DNA of 64,000 bases from positions 1,550,001-1,614,000 of the forward strand of contig NC_088308.1 in the NCBI RefSeq assembly GCF_910592395.1, in the 5' to 3' direction. The translations under genes were made by a program, and so were the position numbers. The number at the start of each line of letters is the position of its first letter. Position 1 is the stretch's first letter. Below are positions 12,506 to 26,319 of this stretch, piece by piece. The notes beneath the pieces were generated by a model, which did no database searches, had not been told where the DNA came from, and worked only from the letters and a program-made list of their open reading frames with translations. Origin of the DNA: Lineus longissimus (lineage: Eukaryota).

Positions 12506-15500
12506 TCAATGTTTGACATAATTGAGTATTGCTTGCTGGAGGACGCTAGCACGCTGGGCCTCATCTTCTCTCATTCGCTGGATTTCGGTTTCTTTTGATT
12601 TCAATCGTTCCTGGAGTTCAGTGATTTCTCTCTCTTTGGCATGGATGGCATCCCGGTTTCTTACAGTTTGCTCTGATAACAGAAGACAAGGGATGGTGAT
12701 TTAAGGAGAGTTGGGACTGAGATTCATGCATGTTTCAGGGTTAAGTATTTATCATAGTAACACCAAATTCAAATTTTAGAAGATATGTTTCTGAGCTTGA
12801 AAAACTTCTGTGCTAACTTTATATTGCATCACACACCTGTAAGTTGCTGGTCAAGGTTGTGCATCTTGTCGCGTAGCTCTGATTGTGTTTGATTCTCTGC
12901 CTCCAGTTTGTTCATCCGCTGCGCCATCTCGAGCCGGACCTTACCAACCTCTGTCATCATCTCACTGTTCTTGCCTGCAAGTTCCTAGAAACAAAGAAAC
13001 AGGAATATGTTGAGTCTGCATTCCATGTCTATGAATGAATCAAACTTTTCGTTGACTTTTTATTGTAAAATCGTACTGGTTGGCTTGATGCAGACAAATA
13101 GTTCCACATACATGTATGCACAGAGCTGTGCACGATATGGTACAGGTAAATTCAGAACATTTGAATGGGTATTTTGAAAATATTGGATTTAAACTACATG
13201 TACTTGTATGTGAAAAATAAAATGAACTTCAGTTCCATCCAGGATTTTGATGTAGAAAACAATAGACCTTTACAATTGCATGAAAAAGTAACAACCCAGA
13301 ATAGACGATCAAGTTACATTTTGAAAACCTTCAATCTTCCTCTTCAAAGCCTCATTCTCAAGGACCAGACCACTGTTCTTGCTCTGCAGATCTTGGACTG
13401 TCCCTGACAACATGTTGGCATGACTTTGGGTCTCATCCTTGGACTGTTGCAGCAGACGGATCTTCTCTTCATATTGTTTACATCTCTGCTCCTGAAACAC
13501 AACCACAAAAGGCGTACAGAGATGACATGTTAACAGATGACTAAGTGAGTCGAGTGTCATTGTGACATTGACATAAAATCATTTCAACCATGATGCTGTA
13601 ACTTCAACGAGTTGACCGATTTCCATATGCGACGCCTCCCAACCATCGACACGTATTTCAGCAGAGACGCAGAGGTAAAATATAATCAATATGGGAGGCG
13701 TCTATCACTCTTACCTCTTCTTGTCTAATCTTCTGTTTAGTGATCATCAGATGCTCTTCATTCTGTAACCGGTCGGCCACATGGACATTCTTCATCCGGC
13801 TAATCTCCTCCTCAAGCTCCAACCGGTTGTTCTCCAACTTCTGGATACGATCTTTCAACGTCTTCTCGGATTCGCCACAGTCCTGTTGACATCTGCTGAT
13901 CTGAAAAACAATTCACTTCCAGTTCATTGTTGCATGAAGAGCATGACGAGCTACTTGAGGCCCAAAGCATACTGATGACATAACCGATTGAGGGTTGGTT
14001 AACTGTATGTCGTGTCACTGTCATTCATTTTGAAAGCCCTGAGAGAGAGTTGTTTGGAATATTAAAGCCGGAAGCTCATTTTCTCAGTCTAACTACCAGT
14101 AGTAGTTTTAACTTTGAAACAGAAGTAGGCCACTTAACACTTCAGGGGAAGCATACTGCAGGAATGCAGGAACTATCTCACAAGAGAGATCAATTATTGC
14201 AATAAGGAAGTGTGAATACCTCTCTTTGCTGGAGCTCTTCCATTTCTCGAAGTGCATCTTTGTATTTCTGTTTCTCATGATGAACTTTCTCTGAAAGATG
14301 GAACTATTCTTATGATACAACTTCAATCGATTGCTGAAAGTTGTCCAATTTGCTGACCTCCAATTTGATGAACATGTGACCCCTAACAAAGGGTTATGGG
14401 AGAGTTGTTTGATGTTGTGATATGGGGTCACACAATCATGTAGGATACCCAACTAATTGATAAAACAAGGAATATCAATAATTACAAGCCATACCTTCAA
14501 AGTGTGATGCTTTCAACTTGAGGTCGGCCTGATTGTGTGTCAGCTGTTCTTTCAGGTCATAGATCTGTTCTTGTTGGACCTTACACTTTCTCTCCACTTC
14601 ATCAAGCTGAAACAAAAAAGACAATTGTTGAGAAGGAGGAGCCAAATGGGCCAGATTAAGTTACACTAAGTCATCAATAGGTGTCTATACTATCTCACAG
14701 TACACACGCATACTTCACACAATTCACACTTGCTGGAAGAACAATTTTGTTAGTCATGCTTTTCATGACTCATCAATCACATTCATCAAAACAAATGCAC
14801 AATTCCATTCTACATGTATAAAGTCGTATCGAAGTCATGTCAAACACTCAATACTTGCCTTGTTTTCTAGCGTGGAGTTCTTTTCCATGAATTCGGTCAC
14901 TTCCTTCAGGAGCTTTGTCTCTGTTAACTGGTGTCCCTGGAAAGATTTAATCAAATGAAATGCTAAGAACAGCCCTAAGTGCTGTGTTCGGCAATCCAAG
15001 ACTCACATCTAGAATGGAGACTCCACCAAATGTTCAACTGGCATCATATTTGAAAGAACTCAACTGTAGAACAGAACAAATTACATTACCAGCACCTGTG
15101 TCATCCTGACCCTCCAGGTTCTGACTCTGCTCCAAGATCAAACATACTCACAGCAGAGGAGTCCATAAACTTATCTAAAACACATGGGAGGCTCCAAGCT
15201 TATGCCTGGCAACTGTGTTCAAGACTCAACCATTAAGGGAGAGTTAAGATAAAGGAAGTTACCAGCATAGGAATATTAGATTTTCAAATAACTTGTATTG
15301 TAACGAACCTCTCTTTCCCTTCTCAGCTCCGTCATATGCCTCTCTTTGCTATCCTCCTGTTCCTGCTTCACCTTCAGCACAATCGTCTGGTAATCATTAT
15401 TCTGCACTTCAGACACAGCTAGCTCGGACTCAACCATAGACAACCTGAAATATTTAAGCTGGGTTCAGACATTGGCAAAATACGCAATTTTATTTCATCT

Positions 15501-18496
15501 ATACTAAATCTGACCAAGTTGGACTGCTAAAGTCATGTTTTGCAGATTTGCCAAGTTGTGAAAAGCTAGCACTGGATATTTCTTCCGCACATGCAGAAGA
15601 AGCCTTTGGGGAGGGGAGCATACCCTTCATTTGGAAAAAGTATTGAAACTATTTGATGGTAAATTCAGGGTTGTAGGTCTGGAGATGACTGTCTCTAAGC
15701 CCTACTGATAAGAATATCCATACTTGGCAGCCAATGAATTGAATGCGGTCTTCCTCTCTTCCAATGCTGCCTGTAGCTGTCCAATCTTATGACCTGATGA
15801 CCTCTGAGTTCGTCTCAGGCTCTCTTCCTGTTTATCTAGTGTATCCATCAGATTAACCATCTAGAAACGATGATAGGATATAATTACCACCATGAAATTA
15901 TTCCAGTGGGATTCGTGGTAGTTGAAAATGTATTGTTTTTCATAAAGTTGACCTAAAAATAAGAATTTCAATGTCTGACAACTTGCCTGAAACATAACTT
16001 TCAGATTCTTCTTCCATTTTAAAATTTCTGCAATAGATGCATTCTCCAACAAAACTTTCGAATGTTCACACCTCAAAATACACATGTTCACCCCATGCAA
16101 AAAGATCAGGCTGAACAAATTATCAGTAAATAGTCAGATCAAGTGCATTTTGTATGGACATCAATCGTCGTACCTGACTCTGTTTCTCCTTCTTCAATGA
16201 CGTGAGCTCTCTCCCAAGCATGTTCTGACGAGACTGGTACTCATTGGCAAGCGCCTGGTGGTCTGAGTTGGCCAGGATCGCCGTGTCTGAAATAAAACAA
16301 AACATCTTAAAACAGATTTTAAATATTGGGACACAAATTTTGTTTTCTGTTGAAGGTAAGACAATGAAACAACAATGAAAAACTGATTTCAAATATTGGC
16401 CTCTTCATCATCTTTCAGAGAACTTCTAGGAGGAACTAAACTGGTGTCGATTTTTGGAATCCGTATATTTTGAGATGGTCTCTCACCTATGGCCTTTGAT
16501 ATGTCAACTGGCACATTATTCCCAGCAAGATCCAGCTTGCTGAGTGTCTTGTTGGTCTCTAACATACACAGGAGGGACCGGCCTCCAATGATGCCAACGT
16601 TATTCCAACGGAGATCTGGAAGGAAAACAATAAATACGATCATGAAACCAAAATGAAAGTGAGTGTAGTATGGTGTTAAGAATCACACGTGTATAATGTA
16701 GACAGTCCCACAGTCAATTTAATATCTCTAAAACAGAACAGAGGAAAATATCTTACCAAGATGTAGAAGTGTACTGTTTCTTTTGAGTGCTTGAGACAGT
16801 TCGGTAGCACCGTCATGGCTGATTTGATTGTTTCTGAGGTCAAGGGAAAACAGTGAGGTATTGGCTGCTAGTCCATCGCAGAATATGGAAAAAGAATTCT
16901 CCAACATTCCAAGGGAGTTCCATTCTAGGCAGAGACTGGAATCAAAACAACAAATGTTTACAAGTTGCATGAAAGAAAATTGGAGCCTTAATTTCATTTG
17001 ATTTCCTTGCAAAATTGTAAATTTTTGACTTAATACAAATTTTCTTAACTAAAATCAGTGATTGATTACCTGAAAATGTGTAGGAAGTGATGGAAACTTT
17101 AGACTTGCTCGTGTAATTTTACAATTTTGCGTTTGTAATTTCTACAAATTATCAATGACTTCAGGACTTACTGGGTTAATGTTGTGTTGTCTCGAAGCAT
17201 CTTTCCCAGCGCCTCGGCACCGGATGCACGAATATTGTTGCCCTGAAGAAGAAATTAAGTGTTAATTAAATGGAAAACAACCATGCATAATACTATCGCA
17301 AACATTTTCGAGGCCAGCACTGGTAGCATCGTTGGTTCAAAAAGAATCGTCAAATGGATAAAACAGTATAACAGCAGTTGGACCATGAAACTGATGCCCC
17401 CTCTAGTCAGAAACAGGCCCTGGGCTCAGAATTCACAGCTAGCTGGCAAACTCAGTACCCTGTTCTACATGATAGGCACTTGAAGAGAATGTACATGCTG
17501 AGAAGCAAACACTTACCTTCAGATAGAGCTTTTGGCAAGCCACGTTTGAAGAAAGACCATGGGCTATTACCTTGATTCCTGGACAAAGAGATTGGAAGCA
17601 TTCACTAATCAGTCATACATAGATACCAGTAGCATCAGAATGTTAGATACAACAACATTATAAATAATGTTCCCTTGACAGTACAGCTCATTTAGGACTG
17701 AGGAAATTTTTCAAAAAAGCTTACAATAACCAAATTATTATAAGAAGTGACGTCAATGATAACAGCAGATTTTTCGTTTTTTAGTGAAATCACTAAAAAA
17801 AGAAGAAGGCGTTTTGATTTTTAATCAGGCTTACCATCTTCAGTGATCATGCAGTCATTTAGTCTTATTTCACTGAACATTCGATCAGTAGCTAGCAGCT
17901 TTCCAAGCACGGCACATGTTTTTGGTGTCAGGCTGTTTGTGGATAGATTGAGTGATGTTCTCCCATGTTTAGTTGGACTCCCACCAGAAGCACTGAAACA
18001 GAGAATTGCCTTTCCTGAAGAATTTTTTCACTATCTTTTTTTCAATACAGGTGATATAATTTCAAACAGATGCAAGAAAAATAAGAATACACACAACCAG
18101 CATTTTTTCTACAGTTCAAATTGCTTGCTCTTCGATTATGATATTACAGTATACTTTATAGCTAAAATCTTAAGAAAGATTTTTTCACAACAGCGAAAAA
18201 ATGGGGCCCAGGCCAAGACAGTATTGATTAGAAGTCACCAGGCATGCACTTGTTACGAAAATTACTGCTTCAACAATAAAAGTTGTGAAACTAAAAGTAG
18301 GCCTAGTATAATAAACACTTTAACTAATGTTGGCAAAGTACCAAAACAAAAACAAGCAAATAGAAAATTCAGCCAATAAGTAGAATGCACAGCTAGATTA
18401 TGCCACCAACCTGTTAAGCTGTTTTAATACACAATCTTGTGTGTCAATATGATACTCCTTACAGAGGCGAAGATAATGATGCTTGAACTCTTCCAT
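12506..18496 (-). CDS. LRRC45: Leucine-rich repeat-containing protein 45 (centrosome linker), multi-exon
   Basis: Spliced translation [15 protein letters not shown]..., [66 protein letters not shown], then coiled-coil exons ending [21 protein letters not shown]. Matches the vertebrate LRRC45 pattern. ATG at 18496, stop at 12506-12508. Confidence 0.92.
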
Positions 18497-18670
18497 GATT
18501 AATTGCCTCCAATACCATAAACAGGACAAACAGCTACCTGGAATAGAAAACCACATACCCTGAGTTTACACATGCTAACAGGACTGCTAATAGTAAGTCG
18601 AAGAGCATGTCCATGGCATGGGCAGTCTGGCACAGTCTCATCATGTTGACATTACTTTATAAAATATAAT

Positions 18671-18813
18671 TATAGATTCATGCACTTGATTGGGATTGGG
18701 AACAACGTTTACGAAGACGTCGCGTCATATCAGTATCACAGTAATGTAAAACCGTCAGAGCTGCAATGCAACACTATATAAACCTTGTTCCCAATCAAGT
18801 GCATGAATCTATA
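18671..18813. mobile_element. 143-bp MITE-like inverted-repeat element in the LRRC45 5' region
   Basis: tatagattcatgcacttgattggga ... tcccaatcaagtgcatgaatctata (25-bp perfect inverted repeat). Confidence 0.7.
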
Positions 18814-19254
18814 GTTTCACTTTGTCTTTGCCTTCTTTCAGTTATCACTAATCAGTGCGACTCTATCATTATCATTTATCATGGTCTATCTATATAAATT
18901 AAGATACCCACCACACTCCTCAGTAATGAGGCCACTCTTATAGCTACGTCCACACTGTTGCACTACAACACACCTTAACCACTCAAGAACATTACACTCC
19001 TACAAAAAGTCAGTCACGCTGACATGATCAAACCTGCCCTACTGAAAAAAACAAAAGAGCAACGGTGTTGGGCAGAGATTTCGACGAAAATCGCCCAAAT
19101 AGGCTAATTACACGCGCGGATCCACTTCAGTTTAGCATTTCGACAGGTAAAGGTGTTTTTATGTTTTTCGAATGTCACGCAACAATACCTTTTGTAGCAA
19201 TTTACCGAGTAATATCGATGTTTTTCTTCCAAAAAATTGTTTCTAAAACCGGGG

Positions 19255-19266
19255 ACGCCATTTTGA
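19255..19266 (-). promoter_or_regulatory. YY1-like motif in the probable LRRC45 promoter / first non-coding exon
   Basis: gacgccattttg reads CAAAATGGCGTC on the minus strand, in a CpG-richer stretch upstream of LRRC45. Confidence 0.3.
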
Positions 19267-19827
19267 AACTCTTTTGGTGATCGTTGTGGTTGTCGTTTCA
19301 GGTCGCTGACACGCCAACCGCTCGATGGTACCCCACGCGTGATCGATTAGACTGGCCAATCCTATCGGTTTGCTCCTAGAGGAGACAAGACCACAATTGA
19401 TTTTTTAAGCCTTTTAGCAGTTAAATTGTCAATGTTTGACCGCGACGCATCAAAGAACGCGTGGTGTTGTGAATCTGAAATTTAGATTATGTTATTCCGG
19501 ACAGTCGGGCAAGTAAATGGTGAAAAATAAAATGGTGATTGACCACGGAAATTTTTTTTTAATCGACAAATTAGACAGACTTTGATATTTCCACTCTTTT
19601 CAGCCAACTGGCAGAAAAAACTCAAAACACGCCCCCTATTACCCAATTAGCAAAATTCGAAATTAATTTTTTCATCAAATAATTTCTTTATATCTGTAGA
19701 CTTGCCACAACAAATATTTTTTCAATACCTCTCCAAATATGTACTTGAGAGTAAAAAACATGCACTCGTCTAATAGATAGGCCTGGTACGGAAGCGTATT
19801 AGTGCCAACAAAAAAAATAAAAAACTA

Positions 19828-20200
19828 ACTCATACGTACGGCTTATTATCGCATTCGTTTGACTTATTGACTCATACGTACGACTTGTTATCTCATACGT
19901 ACGACTTATTATCTTATACGTACGACTTTTATCTCATACGTACGACTTATCATCCCATACGTACGACTTGTTATCTCATACGTACGACTTATTATCTCAT
20001 ACGTACGACTTGTTATCTCATACGTACGACTTATTATCTCAGACGTACGACTTATTATCTTATACGTACGACTTATCATCTTATACGTACGACTTATTAT
20101 CTCATACGTACGACTTGTTATCTCATACGTACGACTTGTTATCTCACACGTACTACTTGTTATCTCATACGTACGACTTGTTATCTCATACGTACCAGTT
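19828..20200 (+). repeat. 21-bp subterminal tandem array (left arm of transposon)
   Basis: (tatctcatacgtacgactt(g/a)t)n. Confidence 0.95.
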
Positions 20201-20239
20201 ACTATACACCATACGGATCTGGTTCTGTCGAATTCTAAA

Positions 20240-20505
20240 ATGGCGGACGCCGTTGGTGACAAGGTGCGCGTCTATTTCTATCTGGGGCTCAATTACAAAG
20301 AGATTATAAAAACACTAGCTCATGTCGACGGCATCATACTCAGTCTCCGGACCTTGAACCGGATCCTCTCCAAGTCTGGCTTATGCAGACGCAAGAATAA
20401 GGCTGACATACTTGACGTTGCTTTGTTTATAATGAAAGATTTGGAGGCGGCAGGGAAACTTCATGGTTACAAGTTCATGCACTTGAAGTGCATACAAAAC
20501 GGCCT
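20240..20505 (+). pseudogene. Truncated transposase N-terminus (HTH region) of the IS3EU-like element
   Basis: MADAVGDKVRVYFYLGLNYKEIIKTLAHVDGIILSLRTLNRIL...GKLHGYKFMHLKCIQNGLV, cut off by the L2 tail. Confidence 0.7.
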
Positions 20506-21990
20506 TGTAATGTAATGTAAAATTTATATAGAGCGCCTTACCACCGTGAAAAAACGTGTTCAAGGCGCTACTCCTCAAAAAGCTCCACGGAATAGCCATG
20601 CCTTCAGCTGACGCTTGAAGGAGAAAATATTGGTACTTTGGATTGATTTGATTTCAGAGGGGAGCTGGTTCCATAGGAAGGGGGCACATGCAGAAAAGGC
20701 TCTGTCGCCATACGAGGTCCTGGTGCGTTTTGCTAGCAACCTGACACTAGATGAGGACCTCGTATGACGAACAGTTTTTTCGAGAGGTAGATGGAGATAA
20801 CCAGGGGCCAGTCCGTGGAGCACCTTGAAACAGTGAAGTAGCACCTTGAACTGAACACGTGCCTCAATCGGAAGCCAGTGCAGTTCTTTTAGCACGGGTG
20901 TGATATGCTCACGCTTCCGTTTTCTACTGACCAGCCTCGCAGCTCGATTCTGTAACAGTTGGAGAGGAACAAGGGATCTTTTAGGCAATCCGTATAGTAG
21001 CCCGTTATTGTAATCAAGTTTTGACGTGACAAGGGCATGAACAAGCCGCTCAGTACAAGGCTGATTAAGATACTTTCTGATCCTACCTATCTTATATAAG
21101 CTAAAATTGGCGGCCTTGCAAACATTTCTTATCTGAGCTTGCATGCTCATGCCCTCATCCAGCCAAACACCAAGATCCTTCACATGCTTGACGTAGGGAC
21201 CCAGACTCCATTTACAGTGATACCTTGAACTGAACCTGTCCTTCTTAGCGATACAATGTTCAGCATATCCGTCTTTGGAGCATTTAAAGCAAGTTTGTTT
21301 GCAACAAGCCAATCCCCAACCCCCGATATGCAATCCTCAGTGCGGGAAACAACCACACCACTCTCCAACATCACCACACCTCATGAAATTTATAAGTTGG
21401 TTGTCGTCAGCGTACAATTGAAAAGGAATGGTCCAGTTCCGCATGACATCACCAAGTGGCAAGTTGTAGATGGTGAAGAGAATGGGTCCCAACACAGAGC
21501 CCTGAGGCACACCGAAGTGAAGGGAGATCGGCTCAGAGCAACAACCACCAACAGCAACCGACAGTGTCCTGCCATGGAGATAGGATGAAAACCACCTCAA
21601 CACAGTGTCTTTTAGACCAAGTCTCTGCTGCAACCTGTCAATGAGAATACTGTGGTCGACAGTATCGAATGCGGCAGAGAGATCAAGAAGGACAAGAATT
21701 GCCTCATTTCCATTGTCCATGCCTGTAAGAATGTCATCCGTAATCTTCAGTAGAACTGTCTCGGTGCTATGGCACTTACGGTATGCAGACTGATTGGTAT
21801 CAAACAGACCATTCGACGACATGTGCTCATGCAAACGACAAGCCACCACCTTTTCAACGAGCTTTGATACAAAGGTGAGATTGGAAACTGGCCGATAATT
21901 GCTGAGGATGTCTTTATCAAGAGATGGTTTCTTTATCAGAGGCTTCACCTGAGCAAACTTGAGAGTAGGCGGAACGTAGCCACACTCGAC
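20506..21990 (-). mobile_element. 5'-truncated L2-clade LINE (RT and C-terminus, frameshifted)
   Basis: KPLIKKPSLD..NYRPVSNL..LLDLSAAFDTVDH..GVPQGSVLGP..YADD; HITPVLKELHWLP; 3' stem-loop AGCGCCTT..AAGGCGCT, then TATATAAAT and a (TTACA)3 tail. Confidence 0.9.
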
Positions 21991-22271
21991 ACCTCAGTTT
22001 GTTTTTCTCCTCTCCGGCCATCACCTGAAACAATAAACGTAGGCCTATACAATCTTGATCAGTAACCCGCACCGCCAACTTCGATATATATATTTTCAAA
22101 CTCAGAATATTGAATATAAATATAGGCCCTATATATGTTGAATAAAAGACGAGAGTGTGTCGGTTCTTGAGGCTTGAGATTTATAACTACACAGTTGTGT
22201 CACTTCATTCCATGATCCTCATCAAGATATGATCGGCCTAGGCCTATAAGAGACATCGTTTGTACAGACTA

Positions 22272-22462
22272 CAGGGGCGGATCCAGCGTAGCTGGACGGG
22301 GGGGGGGGGGGGGGGCTCTATTGAGGGCGAAGCCCGAATATGTGAGCACCGCAGGCGCGAACTTTGGCGGGGGGTCTAGGCCTAATGGGGGACCTCCTCC
22401 GCAAAAAATTTGAAACTGAGATGCTCTCAATCTCGTGCGTTTCCCAGGTATCTGAGAGACAA
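22272..22462 (+). mobile_element. Fragment of a non-autonomous DNA element (CAGGGGCGGATCCAG terminus, poly-G)
   Basis: Terminal motif and poly-G typical of hAT-like MITEs; the second end was not found. Confidence 0.4.
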
Positions 22463-22666
22463 TATTAATATTGGGCGTTCTCTTCATATTGACCTGGCCA
22501 TCTGGACTGACAATACCTACCAAACTGTACAGATGCTGAGCTAATCAGAGCCGATCGACAGGACAAGCAAAAATCGGTGCGCACGTGGTGAGAATCAAAA
22601 TGGCGGCTATACGCGTAGCGTAGCGGAGGCCCTCTGGTGGCGAGACTGAGAGTCCACATGTATTCA

Positions 22667-23200
22667 ACTACGTATGAGATAATAACTCATACGTATGAGA
22701 TAATAACTCATACGTATGAGATAATAAGTCGTACGTATGAGATAATAACTCATACGTATAAGATAATAACTCATACGTATGAGATAATAAGTCGTACGTA
22801 TGAGATAATAAGTCGTACGTATGAGATAATAAGTCGTACATATTGAGATAATAACTCATACGTATGAGATACTATCTTATACGTATGAGATAATAAGTCG
22901 TACGTATGAGATGATAAGTCGTACGTATGAGATATTATCTCATACGTATGAGATAATAACTCATAGATGATAAGTCATACGTATGAGATAATAACTCATA
23001 CGTATGAGATAATATCTCATACGTATGAGATAATAAGTCGTACGTATGCGATGATAAGTCGTACGTATGAGTTATTATCTCATATGTATGAGATACTAAC
23101 TCAAACGAATGAGATAGAAAGTCGAACGAATGAGATAGAAAGTCGAACGAATGCGATACTAACTCGAACGAACGACTTAATTAGTCGTACGTATGAGATA
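22667..23200 (-). repeat. 21-bp subterminal tandem array (right arm, inverted)
   Basis: (tacgtatgagataataa(c/g)tc(a/g))n, the reverse complement of the left array. Confidence 0.95.
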
Positions 23201-23840
23201 GTTTTTAATTTTTTTTTGTTGGCACTAATACGCTTCCGTAGCCTGGACCCTCCAACCTATGAATATTCATTAGTGGTCTTGTCTCAGAGTATTCTTTTTT
23301 AGTGCGTTATGTGCATTTGGTTTGACAACCCTGGAAAGCACTTCTTTGACACCTGTACTTTCCAGCAAATGCAGTGAATAGTACATGTGGAGTTTATCTA
23401 TGAATTCCAACAAATCTAAATCTAATTCTTTGTATACGGGCAAGGTTTTCAATCCCAACAAAAAGTCCCAGGGAGCGAAACCACTGGGGGCGAAAACCTC
23501 AGGAAGCGAAACGACCGATACTACCCAAAGATAATTCAAGATGGGAGTTGTAGCTCAATTTTTTCGCGAAATTCTGCCAAATTATCTCAAAAATCTGCCA
23601 ATCCCATCAACGTTTGGCGATTTTGCCGAAATGACAGGTACTTATCTCAGTGGTTGACCTATCAAGCACCAATCAACGAAGTGTCATGGTGCTGATCCTG
23701 ATTGCAGAGCAAATTTCTAATCGAAAAGTGTATTCGTTGGAACAACCCGGAGTTCCGGAGTTCCGGATTCCGGTTCATGGTTTAGAAGTACCCGCTCATA
23801 GCACACATTTACTACCTATTTTTGCAGGTTTATCATTATC

Positions 23841-24893
23841 ATGGGTCTCTTCAGCAACTTGCAAGGTAGCTGTGCTCTTTGAAAGCATCTTTATTCACTA
23901 CTGAACCTCATGACATGCTTTATAAATGCACGATTGATTGATTGATGCTATTTAATTTAGTAGTTAATATTCGATTGCAATATTTGCATAATGAAGGTGA
24001 CCCACTTTGAACACTTTCAACAATAATAGTTCATCATGCACAGTTGTTTATATAGCTCGATCATGGCCATGCCATGCACAATGCATGGGGGGGGGGATCG
24101 GGGAGGGCATTAGACTAAAACCATTTGCCAATATTGAAGGACAAAGGATACCATACTGCACTGCCTGGTGCCTGGTGTTATGGACTCAATGACAATGGAG
24201 GTCCCAATATACTCTACGATTAACATTGGGTTTTGGGTCAGATTGGGTCCATTTTGCATGTATTGAAATTGATGTGACTACTATGAAGTGTCCCTTGCTT
24301 TTTTCCAGGGAAAGACTGGGTTGCACTTGTTCCTCTGGTTGGAACAATTTCCTTTCTAATATTCGTCACAGCCAGAGCCTTTGCTCCAGGATGCAGTGAT
24401 AAGAAGGCTGCTTGTGTCAACCCGGATATCAAGAAGAACATTGAAAAGGTAGCAGATACTGTTGACATTGAGGACATTGGTGAGAAAGCTGCTTTCTGTC
24501 GGTGCTGGAGATCAAAGAAGGTAAGCGACATGCAAGATGCAAGAACTCGTACTACTACCTGATTGAAATGTCAACTACCTTACATATTCAGCATCCCTGT
24601 TATGCCTTGCCTCATAGGGCATATTCAAGGAGAATAGTGTGTTTATTGCGTGAATCATTACTATGAATAAAATACATACTCCTGTAAGAAAAAGTAACCT
24701 TCCGCCACCTTTAATACTGGGTGATGCATACCGATTTTGGTTATCAGTCAGGGATACTCTTGTTACAAAATGCTTATATGATTCCATGTTTCTTTCTTTT
24801 TTTCAGTTCCCGTATTGTGATGGCTCTCACAATCAACATAACAAAAACTGCTGTGATAACGTTGGACCTCTCATCATTAAGAAATCTTCATAG
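23841..24893 (+). CDS. CISD1: CDGSH iron-sulfur domain protein (mitoNEET/CISD1-like), 107 aa, 3 coding exons
   Basis: Exons 23841-23865, 24309-24520 and 24807-24893 give [19 protein letters not shown]...[23 protein letters not shown]...[11 protein letters not shown]. The short N-terminus favours CISD1 over CISD2. Confidence 0.88.
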
Positions 24894-26319
24894 ATTATTT
24901 TGCTGTGGTATCCATTGTCATATCAATGTTTTGTGGATGCTCCTAGCTTCCATGATCACTGTACTCTTAGTCCTTACATTGGCTGTCCCGAGGACATGAT
25001 TAATAAATTTATTGACTATTCTTGACAAGTCGCAGCAGCCAGAGTGAAATGTAACATAGTCCACAACTCAGGTATAGACTGTAACTGGACTACTATATTA
25101 TGTCACTCATCTAGCTATGCAGTGGTAAAGTATTATACCATAATCAAATGAGAAGCTTGCTTTGATCAAAACACTAATTTGCTTTGTATACATGTATGTG
25201 CTAATACTTCTCCGGAGGTAAAGGAAATTCCAAAAATTTTAAAATTGGTTTTTCCTGTTCTACTCTTGTAATTGTTGACATCAAATCTAGAGTTTAAAAA
25301 CCCTTTGGGCCCATGGATAGTTTCAGTAGGTTTAGTATGTAGTACCGGTACACTGAATTCAGGGTGGGATATCAGATTTGTGTCAATTATCCATCAGTTC
25401 ATGCAGTTGTAGTAATGGTATTCAGGACTTCATTACCAGCTGTGCATGTACATGTACATTGCTTATTATGGTGCGACTGCAAGATAATACAAGGAGTTAT
25501 CTGTTGATATTGGATGTTCATGTAATCTAACATTAAATCGGGTTGTAATGTAATCCTGTACGACATTGACATGAACTCCCTGCTGCTTTGTATTTATGAG
25601 GCATTTTATGTTAATGAAGGCTGTAAAATGTTTGGAATCTATTAATATGTAAACATTTTTGATTAAAATTTGTGTTATTGTATGTCCTTTGTAAATTGGG
25701 CGATCATACATCGAGATGTAAAGAATATACTTCATGTTTTCTGAATAAAGATTTGACAATTTGAAAACAGATGAAGTGAAGTGTTTTCTTCTTTATGAAC
25801 TCTTAAATTTGTATGCTGTAATTTGCACCGAGTGGTGAAAGGAGTTTTATTGCGTCATTGCAAATTTTCTTTCCTGGATATGTCCTCATTCTGTGGTGGT
25901 TCTTCTTGGGCCAGGATATCATGTTGTCTTTGGGAGGCCAAGAGATTCCATTCATTCATCACTAACTGGAGTATTAAGACTGCAATGTCCCTATCCCCTA
26001 TTAATTGGTCAAAATGCATTGATCCACTGCCAAGACTGGGGTATACAGTCATCAAATTGTTAGAAATGCCCAGTTCCTTGGCTATGCAAACATATACAGT
26101 AACAAAGCAATGACTTAAGTAATTCAAGGATGGAAAAAACAACTTTATTGTACAGTCAAACCAACACATTATCAGTGTATAGGTGGACTGTAAAAATCCC
26201 CTACAACTGACCTGAAACAATCATGTAGAAGACACCCCATTGCACAGCAGGTTTAGGAAGACTTCAACGGCTGTGATGATTTTGTGTGGACAGACTAGAA
26301 ATCATGAACTCGACACTCA

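Larger units (their letters stand above)
19787..23240 (+). mobile_element. IS3EU-type DNA transposon (defective), 3454 bp
   Basis: TIR TACGGAAGCGTATTAGTGCCAACAAAAAAAA at both ends, exact 6-bp TSD GCCTGG (19781-19786 and 23241-23246), TAY..RTA termini, inverted subterminal 21-bp arrays and a transposase N-terminal fragment. Confidence 0.8.

Noticed and set aside
17843..18379. 178-aa plus-strand ORF
   Set aside because: Antisense to an LRRC45 exon and intron; no recognisable protein.
19828..23200. CRISPR-like arrays or repeat-protein ORFs (YDLLSHT / YEIISRT)
   Set aside because: Contiguous 21-bp tandem units without unique spacers, forming transposon subterminal arms; eukaryotic context with no cas genes.
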